From contig VRVR01000049.1 in assembly GCA_009859145.1 (NCBI GenBank), positions 62,001-126,000 on the forward strand: 64,000 bases of DNA. The letters are read 5' to 3'. This document shows positions 50,281 through 61,155 of this stretch, one piece after another (the stretch's first letter is position 1; each line of letters begins with the position of its first letter). This DNA comes from Andalucia godoyi And28 (Eukaryota; Protista; Jakobida). The position numbers and the translations under genes were made by a program. The notes under the pieces were generated by a model. The model was not told where the DNA came from and searched no databases. It was given only the letters and a program-made list of their open reading frames with translations.

Positions 50281-51795
50281 ATGAGTTCCAGCCCGATTTC
50301 CATTCCTGCTAACAACAGTGATCCACGAATTATGATTACAGAACAATCTCCACCAATCGCGTCGACGTTGAGTCACGAAAAGTCTCCTGGTATGCAAAAC
50401 GGGAATGGCCTTCCAGCGTCCACACCAACAAGACTGGGGGAAGGAAACCCGCTTGCAGAGCGACGGCTTTCCGCTCGAACACGGGCTCTCCAATCTCATC
50501 GATCGCTTGTTTCGCGGTTGTCTGCTCCTCGCGTGCAACCGATGAAACATCCGGAAACAATTCCGTCCGACGAAGTTCTTGCGACCGCTACTCAAATGCT
50601 TGTCGAATATTTTCGTGCGGCGTTTGCCACACCAATCACGACAAGAATGCTCGCTTTCCTCGTGCGAAAGTATGCTGTCCAGACACTCAACAAGCTGGCG
50701 ATTGACGTTCTTTGCTCGTCTCCCGTTTTGTATCAAAAGTTAACTGACACCGTGGAAGAGATTGCAGAATCGTCCGGGTTCGGTGTCGCTTCTCCAAAGT
50801 CTGTTTCTGGCTTTCTATTTGACTTTCCCATCCAGGACTCTGGCATTTCCAGAATGGAGGCTGCGATTTATTCGACAATTGGAAGCCGAAATACGCAAGA
50901 GGACTCCTGGCAGGCTGTTGTCCATCTCGACACGCTTTACTTTGGAGACGCAAACAACCCCGTGGTCGAAGAACGAAGACGGAATATTACGTCTGCCAAT
51001 CACAGCTTCTTGGCAGGCACTCCCGAACAGTTTCAAGATGACCCCCAGCTACTCGAAGATCTTTGTTCCACACCCAGACGTGCATTCTTTGGAATTTATG
51101 ACGGCCATTCTGGTCCGCAAGCTTCCATTTTCGCACGGACGCATCTTCACGCGGAGTTGGCGTACTTGCTGCACACAACACCCGATAGTGACGAAGCGAC
51201 CGTTCGAGCCATTGAAGAGGCGTATGCAAAGACAGACGCCAAGTTCTGCCGTTTTGCAGAAGCGAACCAAAACGAAGCAGGGGCAGTTGCAGTGTCGTTG
51301 CTCCTTCAGAATGGAAAAGCATATGTCTCTCATGCAGGTGATGCCATGGCCGCAGTCGTGGTTGACGGAGTGGCTCGTGATCTTGGTACTCCACACAAGC
51401 CCAATCGATCTGACGAACAAGAACGCATCAAGAAAGCTGGTGGTTGTGTCGTTTGGTTTGGTGCTTGGCGGGTGAATGCAGTCTTGGCTGTTTCGCGTTC
51501 GCTTGGAGATGTCAAGTACAAGGCATTTGTTCCAGCAGAACCTGAAACAATCATCATCGACCTTGCAAGCGACGAAGTTCGACAAGCGCAGTCTGTGTAC
51601 TTTATCATGGCCTCAGACGGCCTCTGGGATGTCTATTCTGCGCAGGAGGCAGCGGATAAGGTGAAGCAGTTGTTGGCCCAGCCAGGAATCTCCAAGGACG
51701 ATGTCTGCAGACAGCTCGTGGAAAGCGCAGTGCAGCGCGGATCCAAAGATAACGTCACAGCCAACTTGTTGTTCATCAAGCACACATCAAACTAA
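50281..51795 (+). CDS. Protein phosphatase 2C
   Basis: TQED, FFGIYDGHSG, AGD, HKP...E..RI, LAVSRSLGD, ASDGLWDV, GSKDNVT; ATG at 50281 (the upstream ORF extension is microsatellite). Confidence 0.93.
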   Translation: MSSSPISIPANNSDPRIMITEQSPPIASTLSHEKSPGMQNGNGLPASTPTRLGEGNPLAERRLSARTRALQSHRSLVSRLSAPRVQPMKHPETIPSDEVLATATQMLVEYFRAAFATPITTRMLAFLVRKYAVQTLNKLAIDVLCSSPVLYQKLTDTVEEIAESSGFGVASPKSVSGFLFDFPIQDSGISRMEAAIYSTIGSRNTQEDSWQAVVHLDTLYFGDANNPVVEERRRNITSANHSFLAGTPEQFQDDPQLLEDLCSTPRRAFFGIYDGHSGPQASIFARTHLHAELAYLLHTTPDSDEATVRAIEEAYAKTDAKFCRFAEANQNEAGAVAVSLLLQNGKAYVSHAGDAMAAVVVDGVARDLGTPHKPNRSDEQERIKKAGGCVVWFGAWRVNAVLAVSRSLGDVKYKAFVPAEPETIIIDLASDEVRQAQSVYFIMASDGLWDVYSAQEAADKVKQLLAQPGISKDDVCRQLVESAVQRGSKDNVTANLLFIKHTSN

Positions 51796-52024
51796 GTTTT
51801 TATTTTGCATTTGCTAGAAGAAGAATTCGTATTTCAATCCAGCTCTCACACATTTCGGAGATCGGTTTAGTATTTTTTTCCTCCCCCTTCCCCCTTTCCC
51901 CTCTCCTCCCTAATTTTAATTTTCTTATTTTGTAAACGTTGTTTCATCCTTGTTCTACGACCCTTCATAGTATTCTTTTCAGTCTTGCACTCTCCCGCCA
52001 TAGAAGCGAGAAAGCAATCGAGTC

Positions 52025-52061
52025 CCGGAGTCCGTCGCCGGAGTCCGTCGCCGGAGTTCGT
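52025..52061. repeat. 13-bp tandem repeat CCGGAGTCCGTCG, about 2.8 copies
   Basis: Read directly. Confidence 0.85.
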
Positions 52062-52305
52062 GCCTCTTTCCCTTTGAAGGTTCGAACAGCAGCAAACGGA
52101 CGTAGTACATAGGCGTATATGTTTTTCCGTTGGAGGGCAGGACTGAGATTGGCCGAACTCGCAGACTCTCCGTTCTGTCTATTTTGCTACGGCTTTGTCC
52201 GCGACCAAGGTTCGTTTACTGGGTTTTTCTTCTCCGCAGTCTGTAATTCACCCGAACCAACGGAGAGATACGAAGTGATAATAGCGACTTTGGAGAACAA
52301 AAAAA

Positions 52306-54369
52306 ATGTCGTCCTTTTCTCCTCCTTCTCGCCGACCTCCGCCGTCCCCGTCGAGTACTTCCGCCAGTGGTTCTTCGTACTACTCCTCGGCAACTTCGTC
52401 TCCTGCGCATTCTTCCTCGCATCGAAACGGGCCACCACTCTCTTCCTCTCAATACTCAACTCCTACTGCCTCCCAGAGGCCTTTTGGTGGCTCAGATGCT
52501 TACTTTAACGTTGCATCATCGGATCCGGACTTACTGGTGTCTGATCTAACGAGACGACTGTCCAATCTCAACGGCGGCTCTTCGTTTTATAATTCAACCG
52601 GTCCGTCACAGCCTGCATCTGCACCATATCCATTGCTTTCATCTTCGTCGTCATCATCATTGCCCGCCTTTTCGTCTTCAGCTTCGATTCCGGTCCACCC
52701 GTCTTCTGCGCTCTACCGATCGCCACTGCTCGATCGATATTATCTGAAAACTCACATCTATGATCGTACAGAGCATTCTTCTTCCGAGCAACCAAGAACT
52801 CCAAGGACTCCCACATCTGCGCCATCTTTGTTGCAGAGTTACCAGTTAAGTTCCGCTTCCAGTGGTAGTAATGGGAATTATTCTTACCGAAATGGCAACG
52901 GCAATGGAAACACCGCCGGCAATGCAGACGGCCTGAATGATGTGTATGATTCACCGCTGCTTCCGGAGCGGATTCCAGAGCCCCCACGAAGGCCGCCTCC
53001 CACTCCATCAAGCCCCACTCGCGATCCAAATGGGCTCACCAGAGTATCGAAGCCGTCGGAACTGAGCTCTTCTTCTCCGAAAGCAATAGACAGTTTGTAT
53101 CAAACTAAACTGGGGCAGCTATACAGCAGCCAGAAGGCAGCATCGAGAGATCGTTCCGATGAGAAATCTCGCTCCGTTTCGTTTCGCGATGAAGCGACAG
53201 TTCCGGTTTCAGTTGCGGTTGAGGCAGTGGCTGCCATCGAACCAGCAGAGACTCCTGCGCACGTAAGCGATTGTTTGCGAAGGGTTCTGTCGGTGGAAGT
53301 CGTTGCACGCCTTGTTTCTGTTCTCGTTGGAAAAGCAGAAGACTCTGGGAGCGCTTGGAACGCTTTTTTGGGGATTGTCGAGTCGGTCAACGACATGACT
53401 CCTTATGCAAAGAAGGCACTGCTGGAGGAAGACATCCGAAATTTGTCGTTTCGAATGGGCATGCCTCACGGATGGAAAAGACTCGTGAGGGGAGACAAGC
53501 ATGTGTTCAGCAACACGAAAGAGGATGTAGAAATTGCATTTCCTCCTGTGTACCCGGTTCTGTTGCGCCTGTTTCGAGTCCTGTGGTCTCGCCGTCGTGG
53601 CCTGGATCCCAATCCGGAGCCTATTCATCGAGATGGGGAACCGTTTGTGTGGATTGGCGTACGTGTTGCAACGGAGCCGCTACTCGCTGCGTCTGCAGAA
53701 CAAGCTCAGCGTGCATTTCCAGCAGTTGTCCCCTCCGTTGCATCGACGACCCCCGCCGACAATGCTACACCTCAGCAGCCGTTGGTGGACACGCCTGCCG
53801 CGAAGACGAAAGACGTGTCGCAAACTGCAATTGTGGAGAAGGCTCTGGAAAAACTTAGTTCAAAGAGCAATTCGCTGTCTCCTGCGGTTTCGAAGCCAAT
53901 GTTTACTCCGCCTCCCAAACGAGAAGCCGAAAAGTCAGAAATGGCTGTTCAGACGGAAGAAGGGGGACGCCCCGCCGTGAAGGCTGCGATTGACAAGGTT
54001 CTCGGTCTGGGCAGGATTGCAAAATCCGGTGATGCCCCTTCATCCTCGTCCTCCAGTGCCGGGGCTGCGACCGCTGCGGATTCCTCTGCGGGGCAGAGTG
54101 GCGGGGACATCCGAACCCAAAGTGGATCGTTGCACGACTCAGCTTCTTTAGGTTCCGTTTCGAAGCCGACTGCGTCATCGAAGTCGCTGGAGCCGCAGCA
54201 GCCTCTGGAAGACAACTCGACATTTGTTCGACCGCCTTTCAGTTCAGCGGACCCGTTCGATGTAGTTCCTCTTCCAAAACGAAAACCGAACCCATTGATT
54301 GCATCTTCTTTATCATCCTTTGTCGGAACAACTCGGCCACTCTATCTCGAGCTTCCTGCCATAGTTTGA
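52306..54369 (+). CDS. Ser/Pro-rich hypothetical protein with a possible degenerate WW-like module
   Basis: 687-aa ORF; MPHGWKRL...HVFSN...FPP resembles a WW fold. Confidence 0.75.
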   Translation: MSSFSPPSRRPPPSPSSTSASGSSYYSSATSSPAHSSSHRNGPPLSSSQYSTPTASQRPFGGSDAYFNVASSDPDLLVSDLTRRLSNLNGGSSFYNSTGPSQPASAPYPLLSSSSSSSLPAFSSSASIPVHPSSALYRSPLLDRYYLKTHIYDRTEHSSSEQPRTPRTPTSAPSLLQSYQLSSASSGSNGNYSYRNGNGNGNTAGNADGLNDVYDSPLLPERIPEPPRRPPPTPSSPTRDPNGLTRVSKPSELSSSSPKAIDSLYQTKLGQLYSSQKAASRDRSDEKSRSVSFRDEATVPVSVAVEAVAAIEPAETPAHVSDCLRRVLSVEVVARLVSVLVGKAEDSGSAWNAFLGIVESVNDMTPYAKKALLEEDIRNLSFRMGMPHGWKRLVRGDKHVFSNTKEDVEIAFPPVYPVLLRLFRVLWSRRRGLDPNPEPIHRDGEPFVWIGVRVATEPLLAASAEQAQRAFPAVVPSVASTTPADNATPQQPLVDTPAAKTKDVSQTAIVEKALEKLSSKSNSLSPAVSKPMFTPPPKREAEKSEMAVQTEEGGRPAVKAAIDKVLGLGRIAKSGDAPSSSSSSAGAATAADSSAGQSGGDIRTQSGSLHDSASLGSVSKPTASSKSLEPQQPLEDNSTFVRPPFSSADPFDVVPLPKRKPNPLIASSLSSFVGTTRPLYLELPAIV

Positions 54370-54428
54370 TTCACTTATGTGTGATAAATGTACATACCGA
54401 CACCGCCGCCTTTACGCCTTTCTTATCA

Positions 54429-55112
54429 TTACATACATCCCTCCCATTCTGCATAAAACTGCTCCAAGAAAGATTCCATGTATTTGTGACGCCCCTCCGC
54501 CAAACGCCTTCCCGAGGTAGTCTTCATCATGTCCTTGAGCTTCAGCAACTTCTCATAAAAATGATTGATGGCGGTGTCATCCTCATAGGGGCGCTTTGTC
54601 ATGTACTGCTCCTTCGACATGTTGAGCAGTGGTTTCGAACCTGGAGTGTGAAGCTTCTTCGTCTTTGCGCCGGTGTACAACATGCACCGACACACTCCGA
54701 TTGCTCCGATTGCATCGATCCTATCTGCATCCTGCACAATCTTGAATTCCAGAGGGAGTTCGGAAGCTGTAAGGGAATTACCAAGCTCGTTCTTGAAACC
54801 AAGATTCTTCACGATGAAGAGCACGCGAGACATGGTTCCGTCGGGGCAATCGTGCAAGGTTAGAAATTCTCGTGCCTTTTCGGCTCCGGCAGTCTCTGAA
54901 TTCGAATACTTCCAGTCTGCAATGTCGTGGAGCAGCGCTGCAAGATGGATCACTTCCAAAGTCACTTCTTCCGAAACACCTTCCTCATAAGCAAGACGCA
55001 ACGCGAGGTTACGAACACGATCAATGTGGTCGAAATCGTGCGATGCGTCATTTCCAGAAAGCTCACTGCGAACAAACCCGGCAGTCTTTTCAATCAGCAA
55101 TGTGCGTCCCAT
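54429..55112 (-). CDS. HD-domain metal-dependent phosphohydrolase (YpgQ/YedJ-like)
   Basis: SHDFDHIDRV, AALLHDIAD, VQDADRIDAIGAIG, INHFYEKLLKL; start at 55112 (alternative ATG 55136). Confidence 0.92.
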   Translation of the reverse strand: MGRTLLIEKTAGFVRSELSGNDASHDFDHIDRVRNLALRLAYEEGVSEEVTLEVIHLAALLHDIADWKYSNSETAGAEKAREFLTLHDCPDGTMSRVLFIVKNLGFKNELGNSLTASELPLEFKIVQDADRIDAIGAIGVCRCMLYTGAKTKKLHTPGSKPLLNMSKEQYMTKRPYEDDTAINHFYEKLLKLKDMMKTTSGRRLAEGRHKYMESFLEQFYAEWEGCM

Positions 55113-55371
55113 CGCGTTCTGTTTTCTCTGTAGCATACGTAGCACTGTCTTTTTGAAGACGCAAGCAGCAAGGTGCACAACGCAGAAGAGTGGCTCTGCG
55201 GCCGCGTGAACTCCGAACTATGAAACATGCAGACCGTGCGAGCCGCCCGCACGAGCTCACGCGCCGGAGAATTGCGAAAAAAAAAGGAAAAAAGCTCCGC
55301 ATCTGTGTTTTCGCGTGTCGGTCTCTCTGTGAGACTGGGTTACGCTGAAGACATCGATATTCACCGACCCG

Positions 55372-55403
<32 letters not shown>

Positions 55404-55417
55404 AACTACGAGACAGT

Positions 55418-55942
55418 ATGGGGAAAGCTGGGAAACGACGTGATAAACGGCAATCAAAAGACACGCCATACACAGTTCTTGGAAGTGTTGCAGAGCCGAT
55501 TCGTATGGAAGATGATGTCGTGTCGGATGGTGATAATGGGAACCGTGCTGGAGAGCCTTCTCAGGATGCGAACGACACTCTAAATGCAGCTTCTCTGGAC
55601 TCCCTGTTTGAAGATGATGGACGAAATGACAGTATGGGGCAGATGTCCACCGGCGATGTTGAACATCCAAAAACAAGAGGTCATTTGCTGCAGAAGCACA
55701 AGGTCGAATGGAGAGCAATACGAACTGAAATTGAAAAACTGAAGCATCAGAGCGCAAAGCTGTCCAAGAAGGATCTGAAAGGAAAAGAAGTGAAGAGACT
55801 GCTGACAAAGCAAATCCAAAAGCTAAAAACGGATATGGAGGCCAGACAAAAGGATGAACTGGACAAGTTCGATCGCTCCACAGAAATCAATGATGCCTTC
55901 ACCATGACTGTTGCAGGTAGTCTCGGAAAGGCATTCCAATAA
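55418..55942 (+). CDS. Small charged coiled-coil protein
   Basis: LLQKHKVEWRAIR...KK...K.L..QIQKLK.DMEARQKDEL resembles the helical N-terminus of OTUD6/Otu2, but there is no OTU domain. Confidence 0.7.
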   Translation: MGKAGKRRDKRQSKDTPYTVLGSVAEPIRMEDDVVSDGDNGNRAGEPSQDANDTLNAASLDSLFEDDGRNDSMGQMSTGDVEHPKTRGHLLQKHKVEWRAIRTEIEKLKHQSAKLSKKDLKGKEVKRLLTKQIQKLKTDMEARQKDELDKFDRSTEINDAFTMTVAGSLGKAFQ

Positions 55943-56052
55943 AGAGATTCGCGATTTGATTGTTGTTGCTGTTGCTTCTTCTTCTTCTGTGTTGTATCAG
56001 AGTATGGACGAGGAAAAGACAGTTCAATGTTTATAAAGAGAGGAAGGGGTAC

Positions 56053-57522
56053 TTATCTACGAGGCGAAAATGTGGCCATGAAATCCTTCTTGTTGGAGTC
56101 TTCCACACACACCCAATCAAACTCACGGGACATTCGAGCAACAAACAGTTTCAGCTCCAACAGTCCGAGGGATGCACCAATGCACATGCGCGGGCCTCTG
56201 CCAAACGGCAAGTACGCGAAGGGGCTGGAGGAATCTCCGTTGGGCTTGACTGTGACTCCATCCACTTCTAGAAATCGGTCTGGTCGGAATTCCTCTGGTC
56301 TCGACCAATATTGTGGATTGCGGTGAAGCAACGCGGGCACGACGTTGATCACCGTCCCTTTCGGGATCGTGTATCCGTCGACATCATCATTAGACAGCGC
56401 CGCCCGTTGCAACAATGGAAACGCTGGCTTCAGTCTGAGCACTTCACGGCAGACCGCTTCCGCAAAGGGCAGGTTCTCCTGGGCATCCTCAAACGACAGC
56501 TCCGAAAACGGCCTATCAATGGGCAGGGCTCGATCAATTTCTTCTCGCAGCTTTTGTCGGTATTCCGCATTCTGCGGCTGCGACAAGTAGTACATCGCCC
56601 AAGCAGCGGAAGGAGGGACTGTCTGCGTTGCGGCGATCAGAAGACCGATCACCTTTCCAAAGTAACGAAGCGGGTGCAACCCTTCGCGAGTCACCCAAGC
56701 ATGAACCCACGAACCAGTGGTCTCGTCGAGATGGGCAGTCAGCCGCCTGCCTTCCCGAATCAACAATGCAACATCCTTGACAAATCCAAAGTTAGACAGT
56801 GGTGCCAGTGCCCATCGATACGGGTTAATCAGCCGCTTCTGGAATTCATCGCCAGCGGAAAGAACCAATCTCGACAGTCGTTCGGATCGCTCTGCGTCAT
56901 GGAAGTTGAACAAGATGCTTAAGTTAATGCGCGTGAACATTGGATGCAAGGCGGAAAGCACCTTCCCTTCGCGATAACTCAAATCCGGAGCAACTTTGCA
57001 GCTCTGCATAATAGAATTTGCGTACTGGTCGATGTGTCTTGAAATCTCTGGATACTGGTTCTTGACAATCGCTTGAAACACAGGTCGAGAGGCGTCTGGA
57101 TGATCCAATCCATGCATGTGGAGTTCGGTTTTCGGGGTTTCCATCGCAACCGCCATCTTGACAGACTTTGATCTGTACCCGACATATGCAGGCTTGTCGT
57201 ATCGATCTGTGGCTAGTGCTCGTCGAACAACGCTCGGATTATTGGCAACCAAGAATGGAGACGAGCCAACCCAGAACAACACAAGCGGTTCATCCGGAAC
57301 TGAAAGACATGCGTTCAACACTGTGCCTTCATAGTCCTTTCCAAGAGCAAGAGAGTTTCCAAATAGCGGCACGGTCGGTGGCCCTCTCGGCGTCTTTCCA
57401 GACACAGAATTGACGTACTTTGCAGCCATTGCAGCACACCTGGACTCATACCGCAGCAGATTGTACGCTGGAAACCCAGCCGCGGCCGCAGCTCCAGCAA
57501 GACCCAGAATCTTCCAGCCCAT
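56053..57522 (-). CDS. Cytochrome P450
   Basis: N-terminal anchor and PRGPP hinge, EVLR (ExxR), PEEFRPDRF, heme motif FGRGPRMCIG. Confidence 0.95.
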   Translation of the reverse strand: MGWKILGLAGAAAAAGFPAYNLLRYESRCAAMAAKYVNSVSGKTPRGPPTVPLFGNSLALGKDYEGTVLNACLSVPDEPLVLFWVGSSPFLVANNPSVVRRALATDRYDKPAYVGYRSKSVKMAVAMETPKTELHMHGLDHPDASRPVFQAIVKNQYPEISRHIDQYANSIMQSCKVAPDLSYREGKVLSALHPMFTRINLSILFNFHDAERSERLSRLVLSAGDEFQKRLINPYRWALAPLSNFGFVKDVALLIREGRRLTAHLDETTGSWVHAWVTREGLHPLRYFGKVIGLLIAATQTVPPSAAWAMYYLSQPQNAEYRQKLREEIDRALPIDRPFSELSFEDAQENLPFAEAVCREVLRLKPAFPLLQRAALSNDDVDGYTIPKGTVINVVPALLHRNPQYWSRPEEFRPDRFLEVDGVTVKPNGDSSSPFAYLPFGRGPRMCIGASLGLLELKLFVARMSREFDWVCVEDSNKKDFMATFSPRR

Positions 57523-58417
57523 TGACAGTCACCGACGACTCGCCACAAATCCGAAATACCCAAAGATATCCGAAATTCAAATATAGTAATAGTGATGATA
57601 ATTACAATGATGAGAACGCAAATGAATGCAGAAAGAGGCTTGGAAAGAAGACGAAATCAGCAAATATAACCCCTCCAACCCAAATGTCTTGTGGACGGCT
57701 ATGATATACCATCGACTAGTACGGCCAAGTTGACAGTCGTCGACATTGCTGTTGAATGAAGGCCGACCTTTTTCTTTCTGCAGATTGCCGCCACCAGTTG
57801 TTGTCGTCGTTGGTGTTGCTGCTGTTGTTGTCGCGGCGGCGTAGGTGTGCAGGGTTGAGGCCCAATGAGACACTATCGAATTGTAAAAGTCACTTTACGC
57901 AGAAAAATCTGTCTGAGGCGCAGCATGCAAGCTAAATGTTTGGAGAGGTTTTGGGTTGGGGGATAGTACTTCGCATCATGGAATTGCCCTCCTTCTTGAG
58001 TCTTTCCCCGCCTCCGCCTTACGACAAGTTCTTGATGTTACAATTGTGCAGACGCTGGATTTTGCCATTCGCTTGGACGTCGGTAAGCATGCACAAAGTC
58101 ACGACCCAAGAGTGACGAATAGACAGTCCGCACGCGCAAAAATGAAAAAAAAAAAAAAGAAAAAGAAAGGATGAGGACTGTCTTCTTTTTATTTGAATTT
58201 TGAAAATTAAAGTTAGAAAACAACAAGATGAAGAAACGTATTCTACAACAACAACAACAACAACAACAGCGACAACAACAAACAAAAGAAACGAGAAAGC
58301 GAAAGAGGAAGCCGAACGACACACAAAAGGACTAAGTAAAACGACTACCCCATCCCATCGAACAACGCCTGGACAAGAGCAGCTGCCAGAAGAAAAAAGA
58401 CTCTAAACTTGCGAAAG

Positions 58418-59344
58418 TCACGATCTTCTGCCTTGTTGCTGGAGAGCGTGTTGTGAAAATTGTCCAAGTGGTGGGGCATTCGGCACTCGGCCACCTGCAA
58501 CTGTCGGAGGTACCGAGCTCAAGAACGGCCCTGCAGTTCGCAGCGGAATTGGTCCCTCTGATCGACCTTGAGCCATCATTGGTGTTACCGCAGTTCGCTT
58601 TCTACGACCACCGGCATCGTCATCGTCACCATCACCATCGTCGTCGACGTCGTCGTGTTCCTCATCGCCATCCTCCATGTCAGGCATGTGATCTGCGGAA
58701 ATCGAAAACACTGGTGACGATTTGTGGACCTTGTATCCAAACACCCTTGGCTCAAACACCTCGGACGCCTTCATTGGCACATGTTCCGGAAACTGCATGA
58801 GGAAAATAAACGGAAAAGATGTTCCAAAATATGCGCCGTCAAGCACCTGGTGGCGCGTGGACCTCGGAGCATACACATCCATGCACTTCGGACAGTACAG
58901 CTTGACGGTGTTCTGGCGTGGGACATCCGTAAGTGCAATTGGAAGCAAGTGCTGGCCATTGCAAAAGACTCTAGGACATCTCCCGAATTCCGCATTCTTG
59001 AACTTCTGTTCCATTGCCTGCAGCCCGTGAGCAGTGATGATGTAGCGCGCGTGGATCAGTCCGTACATAAACTCCGCCGACGACTCGATTGCTTCCTCTT
59101 CCTCTGGAGTAATATCGTCTTGTGGAGGCGCATCCAAAATCGTTTCCAGCGCCGCCTCGTAAAAATCTACTTGTTGCGCAACTCCGAAAATGTTGAAGTC
59201 ATCCTGGATAAACTCTTCGTCAACCTCGCAGAAAAAATCATTTCCTTTCAATCCTGTATACCATTGAATCCATCCGAGATCCTCAGACCCATTCTCCGAA
59301 TAAGGAGACGACTCCTGCTCCACGTCCTCTTCTCCTGCGAGCAT
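58418..59344 (-). CDS. CSNK2B: Casein kinase II beta subunit
   Basis: WIQWY...NDFFCEVDEEFIQDDFN, YGLIHARYI, zinc finger CPRVFC...CPKC, DGAYFGTSF; ATG at 59344. Confidence 0.97.
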   Translation of the reverse strand: MLAGEEDVEQESSPYSENGSEDLGWIQWYTGLKGNDFFCEVDEEFIQDDFNIFGVAQQVDFYEAALETILDAPPQDDITPEEEEAIESSAEFMYGLIHARYIITAHGLQAMEQKFKNAEFGRCPRVFCNGQHLLPIALTDVPRQNTVKLYCPKCMDVYAPRSTRHQVLDGAYFGTSFPFIFLMQFPEHVPMKASEVFEPRVFGYKVHKSSPVFSISADHMPDMEDGDEEHDDVDDDGDGDDDDAGGRRKRTAVTPMMAQGRSEGPIPLRTAGPFLSSVPPTVAGGRVPNAPPLGQFSQHALQQQGRRS

Positions 59345-59752
59345 ATTTTTACAAAACCTGCCTCTGCCTCTCAATTAAGCGCACCCACGCCCACGCACAC
59401 ACCCACGTACACACCCACGTACACACACAGAAAGAGAGATGGAAATTTGAAAAGGAACAATCAGAAATGCACGGGAAAAAAAAAACGACTGACAGAAATG
59501 GAAATCGGGTTGTGTCAGCGTATGTGTGTGTGAGCGTGTGAGCGGCGGTGATGATGACTGAATAGAGGAGTGTCTGGGAAAAAAGGCGAGGAGCAGATGT
59601 AGCATCACATCGCCATTCGCGTGATGCTAGTAGCGTCCTGTCTCGTTTTCTATTTCCTTCTTCTTCTTCTTCTTCTTCTTCTTCTTCATACTCACTTTTG
59701 TGTGTGTGTGTTCTGTTCTGTTCTGTTTTTTGATTTGCAGCAAGACGGCGAA

Positions 59753-60210
59753 ATGGAGCAAGACATGTATCTTCCGGAAGGCGAAGAGCAGGTTGAAATG
59801 ACCTTTTCGGACCTCACAACGTCACAAAAGGCCCAATATGCGGGGCTTGTAGGATTTGGAATCAGCAAGGTTTGTCTCGTTTCTCATTTTGTCATTCTGA
59901 TTACGGTAATCGACACCATCTTGGGGCTGGACTTCATTTGAACACAAAACCGGGTTTCCGGCATTGCACTTGTTCGCATTCCTTTCCCCCCAAATGTTTC
60001 TTTATTTAATTTCCAGTTCTTTCTGCCTCGTTCAGTTCTAACAGACTCGGTTTCCTTCTTCGTTGCTGGTTTTGTTCAATTTATGTGCAGCTGTTGATTC
60101 GATTTGGTCTGCTTCCGGGAATGCTTCTGTATAGCATGTACAAACTGAAGCCGTCGACTTCGCTCATTGAACTCGTTCTTCCTTTCCCTTCTGCTCTTCC
60201 TCCACAATAA
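59753..60210 (+). CDS. TOM7: Tom7-like mitochondrial import subunit, two exons (59753-59869 and 60091-60210), 78 aa
   Basis: AAG|GTTTGT donor, TTCTAAC branch, TGCAG acceptor; spliced product ...GISK/LLIRFGLLPGMLLYSMYKLKPSTSLIELVLPF resembles the Tom7 (I/H)xxG(F/L)(I/L)P...P..L..L..P pattern. Confidence 0.7.
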
Positions 60211-60533
60211 ATCGGTAGTGAATGGGGGGGGGATATGGGATGGATCTTCCGCTTCCCGTAATTCCGTCTTTGCTTCTTTCGCTCTTCCAACTTCGCCTTA
60301 GATAATCAACCACCAGAAATAAACCCAGTCATTCTTTTTATATTATAATCATAAAAATAAAAATAAAAAGTAAAATCAAAAGGAATTAATATAAAGAATC
60401 TTATTTAGCGTTTTTTAAACTTTTGGATGATGTGTCGCACGGGACGGGGTTGGTTTCTCGTGGATGTGCTGATTTGAAGAGCGTCGTACCAGATTCAACA
60501 CGTTGTTTAAGAAAGGGCACAACATCCCTCCGC

Positions 60534-60938
60534 TCGCCAAAACATGAATCATTATTGATGTTGGCTAAGCGGTCACCGAAGACAGATCCAAGCCACATGC
60601 TTTTCATTTTTAATTTGGGGGCGAGCACCAACTCTTCAATGCAGATTGCTCTGCATCAAAAAAGATCGTCGCCACCACGAGCTTCTAGGTTCTCGGTATC
60701 TTCGGGCATGGTCGGTTTTGAGTTTGCTGGGAAGATCCGTTTCTTTTTTTTCTTTTCTGTTTTGGAGCCATGGAGATGCTTTTGTCTTTGATGAAAGGGG
60801 GCTGCTTGAGGGTTCGATAACATAAAATCAAGCAAATAGAGAATAAAAGACTCTGTCGAATGAAAAGAAATTCTGGACTTGACTACGGTAGGAAAATCAT
60901 GTTGTTTTTCATGGTCAACGCTGATGCACAAACCTGTC
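60534..60938 (+). repeat. Dispersed degenerate intergenic element, copy C
   Basis: Shares the first and last blocks with A and B, and the block TCTTCGGGCATGG.CGGTTT.GAGTTTGCTGGGAAGATCC...GGAGCCATG.AGATGCTTT with A. Confidence 0.9.
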
Positions 60939-61155
60939 GACCGCTTCGTGTTGCAGATGTATGGTTCGCAGGTTCTAGTGAATGTCTAGTCGATTGATGC
61001 AGGTTCACTGAAACATGCAAGAAAGAAAGAGGAGCACGAGAACAAATGAGACTATGCTCAACTAAAGGCGTTTCCGTGAGTGCAATTCTCAGAATTTGCA
61101 TTCGGAAACGAGCTGAGGTAGAGCTTTGAACTGCGAAGAATCGACTGTCGAAGAC

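Noticed and set aside
9338-60938. Element copies as a CRISPR array, snoRNA cluster or MITE
   Set aside because: Not regularly spaced, no unique spacers, no convincing C/D or H/ACA boxes, and no terminal inverted repeats or target-site duplications seen
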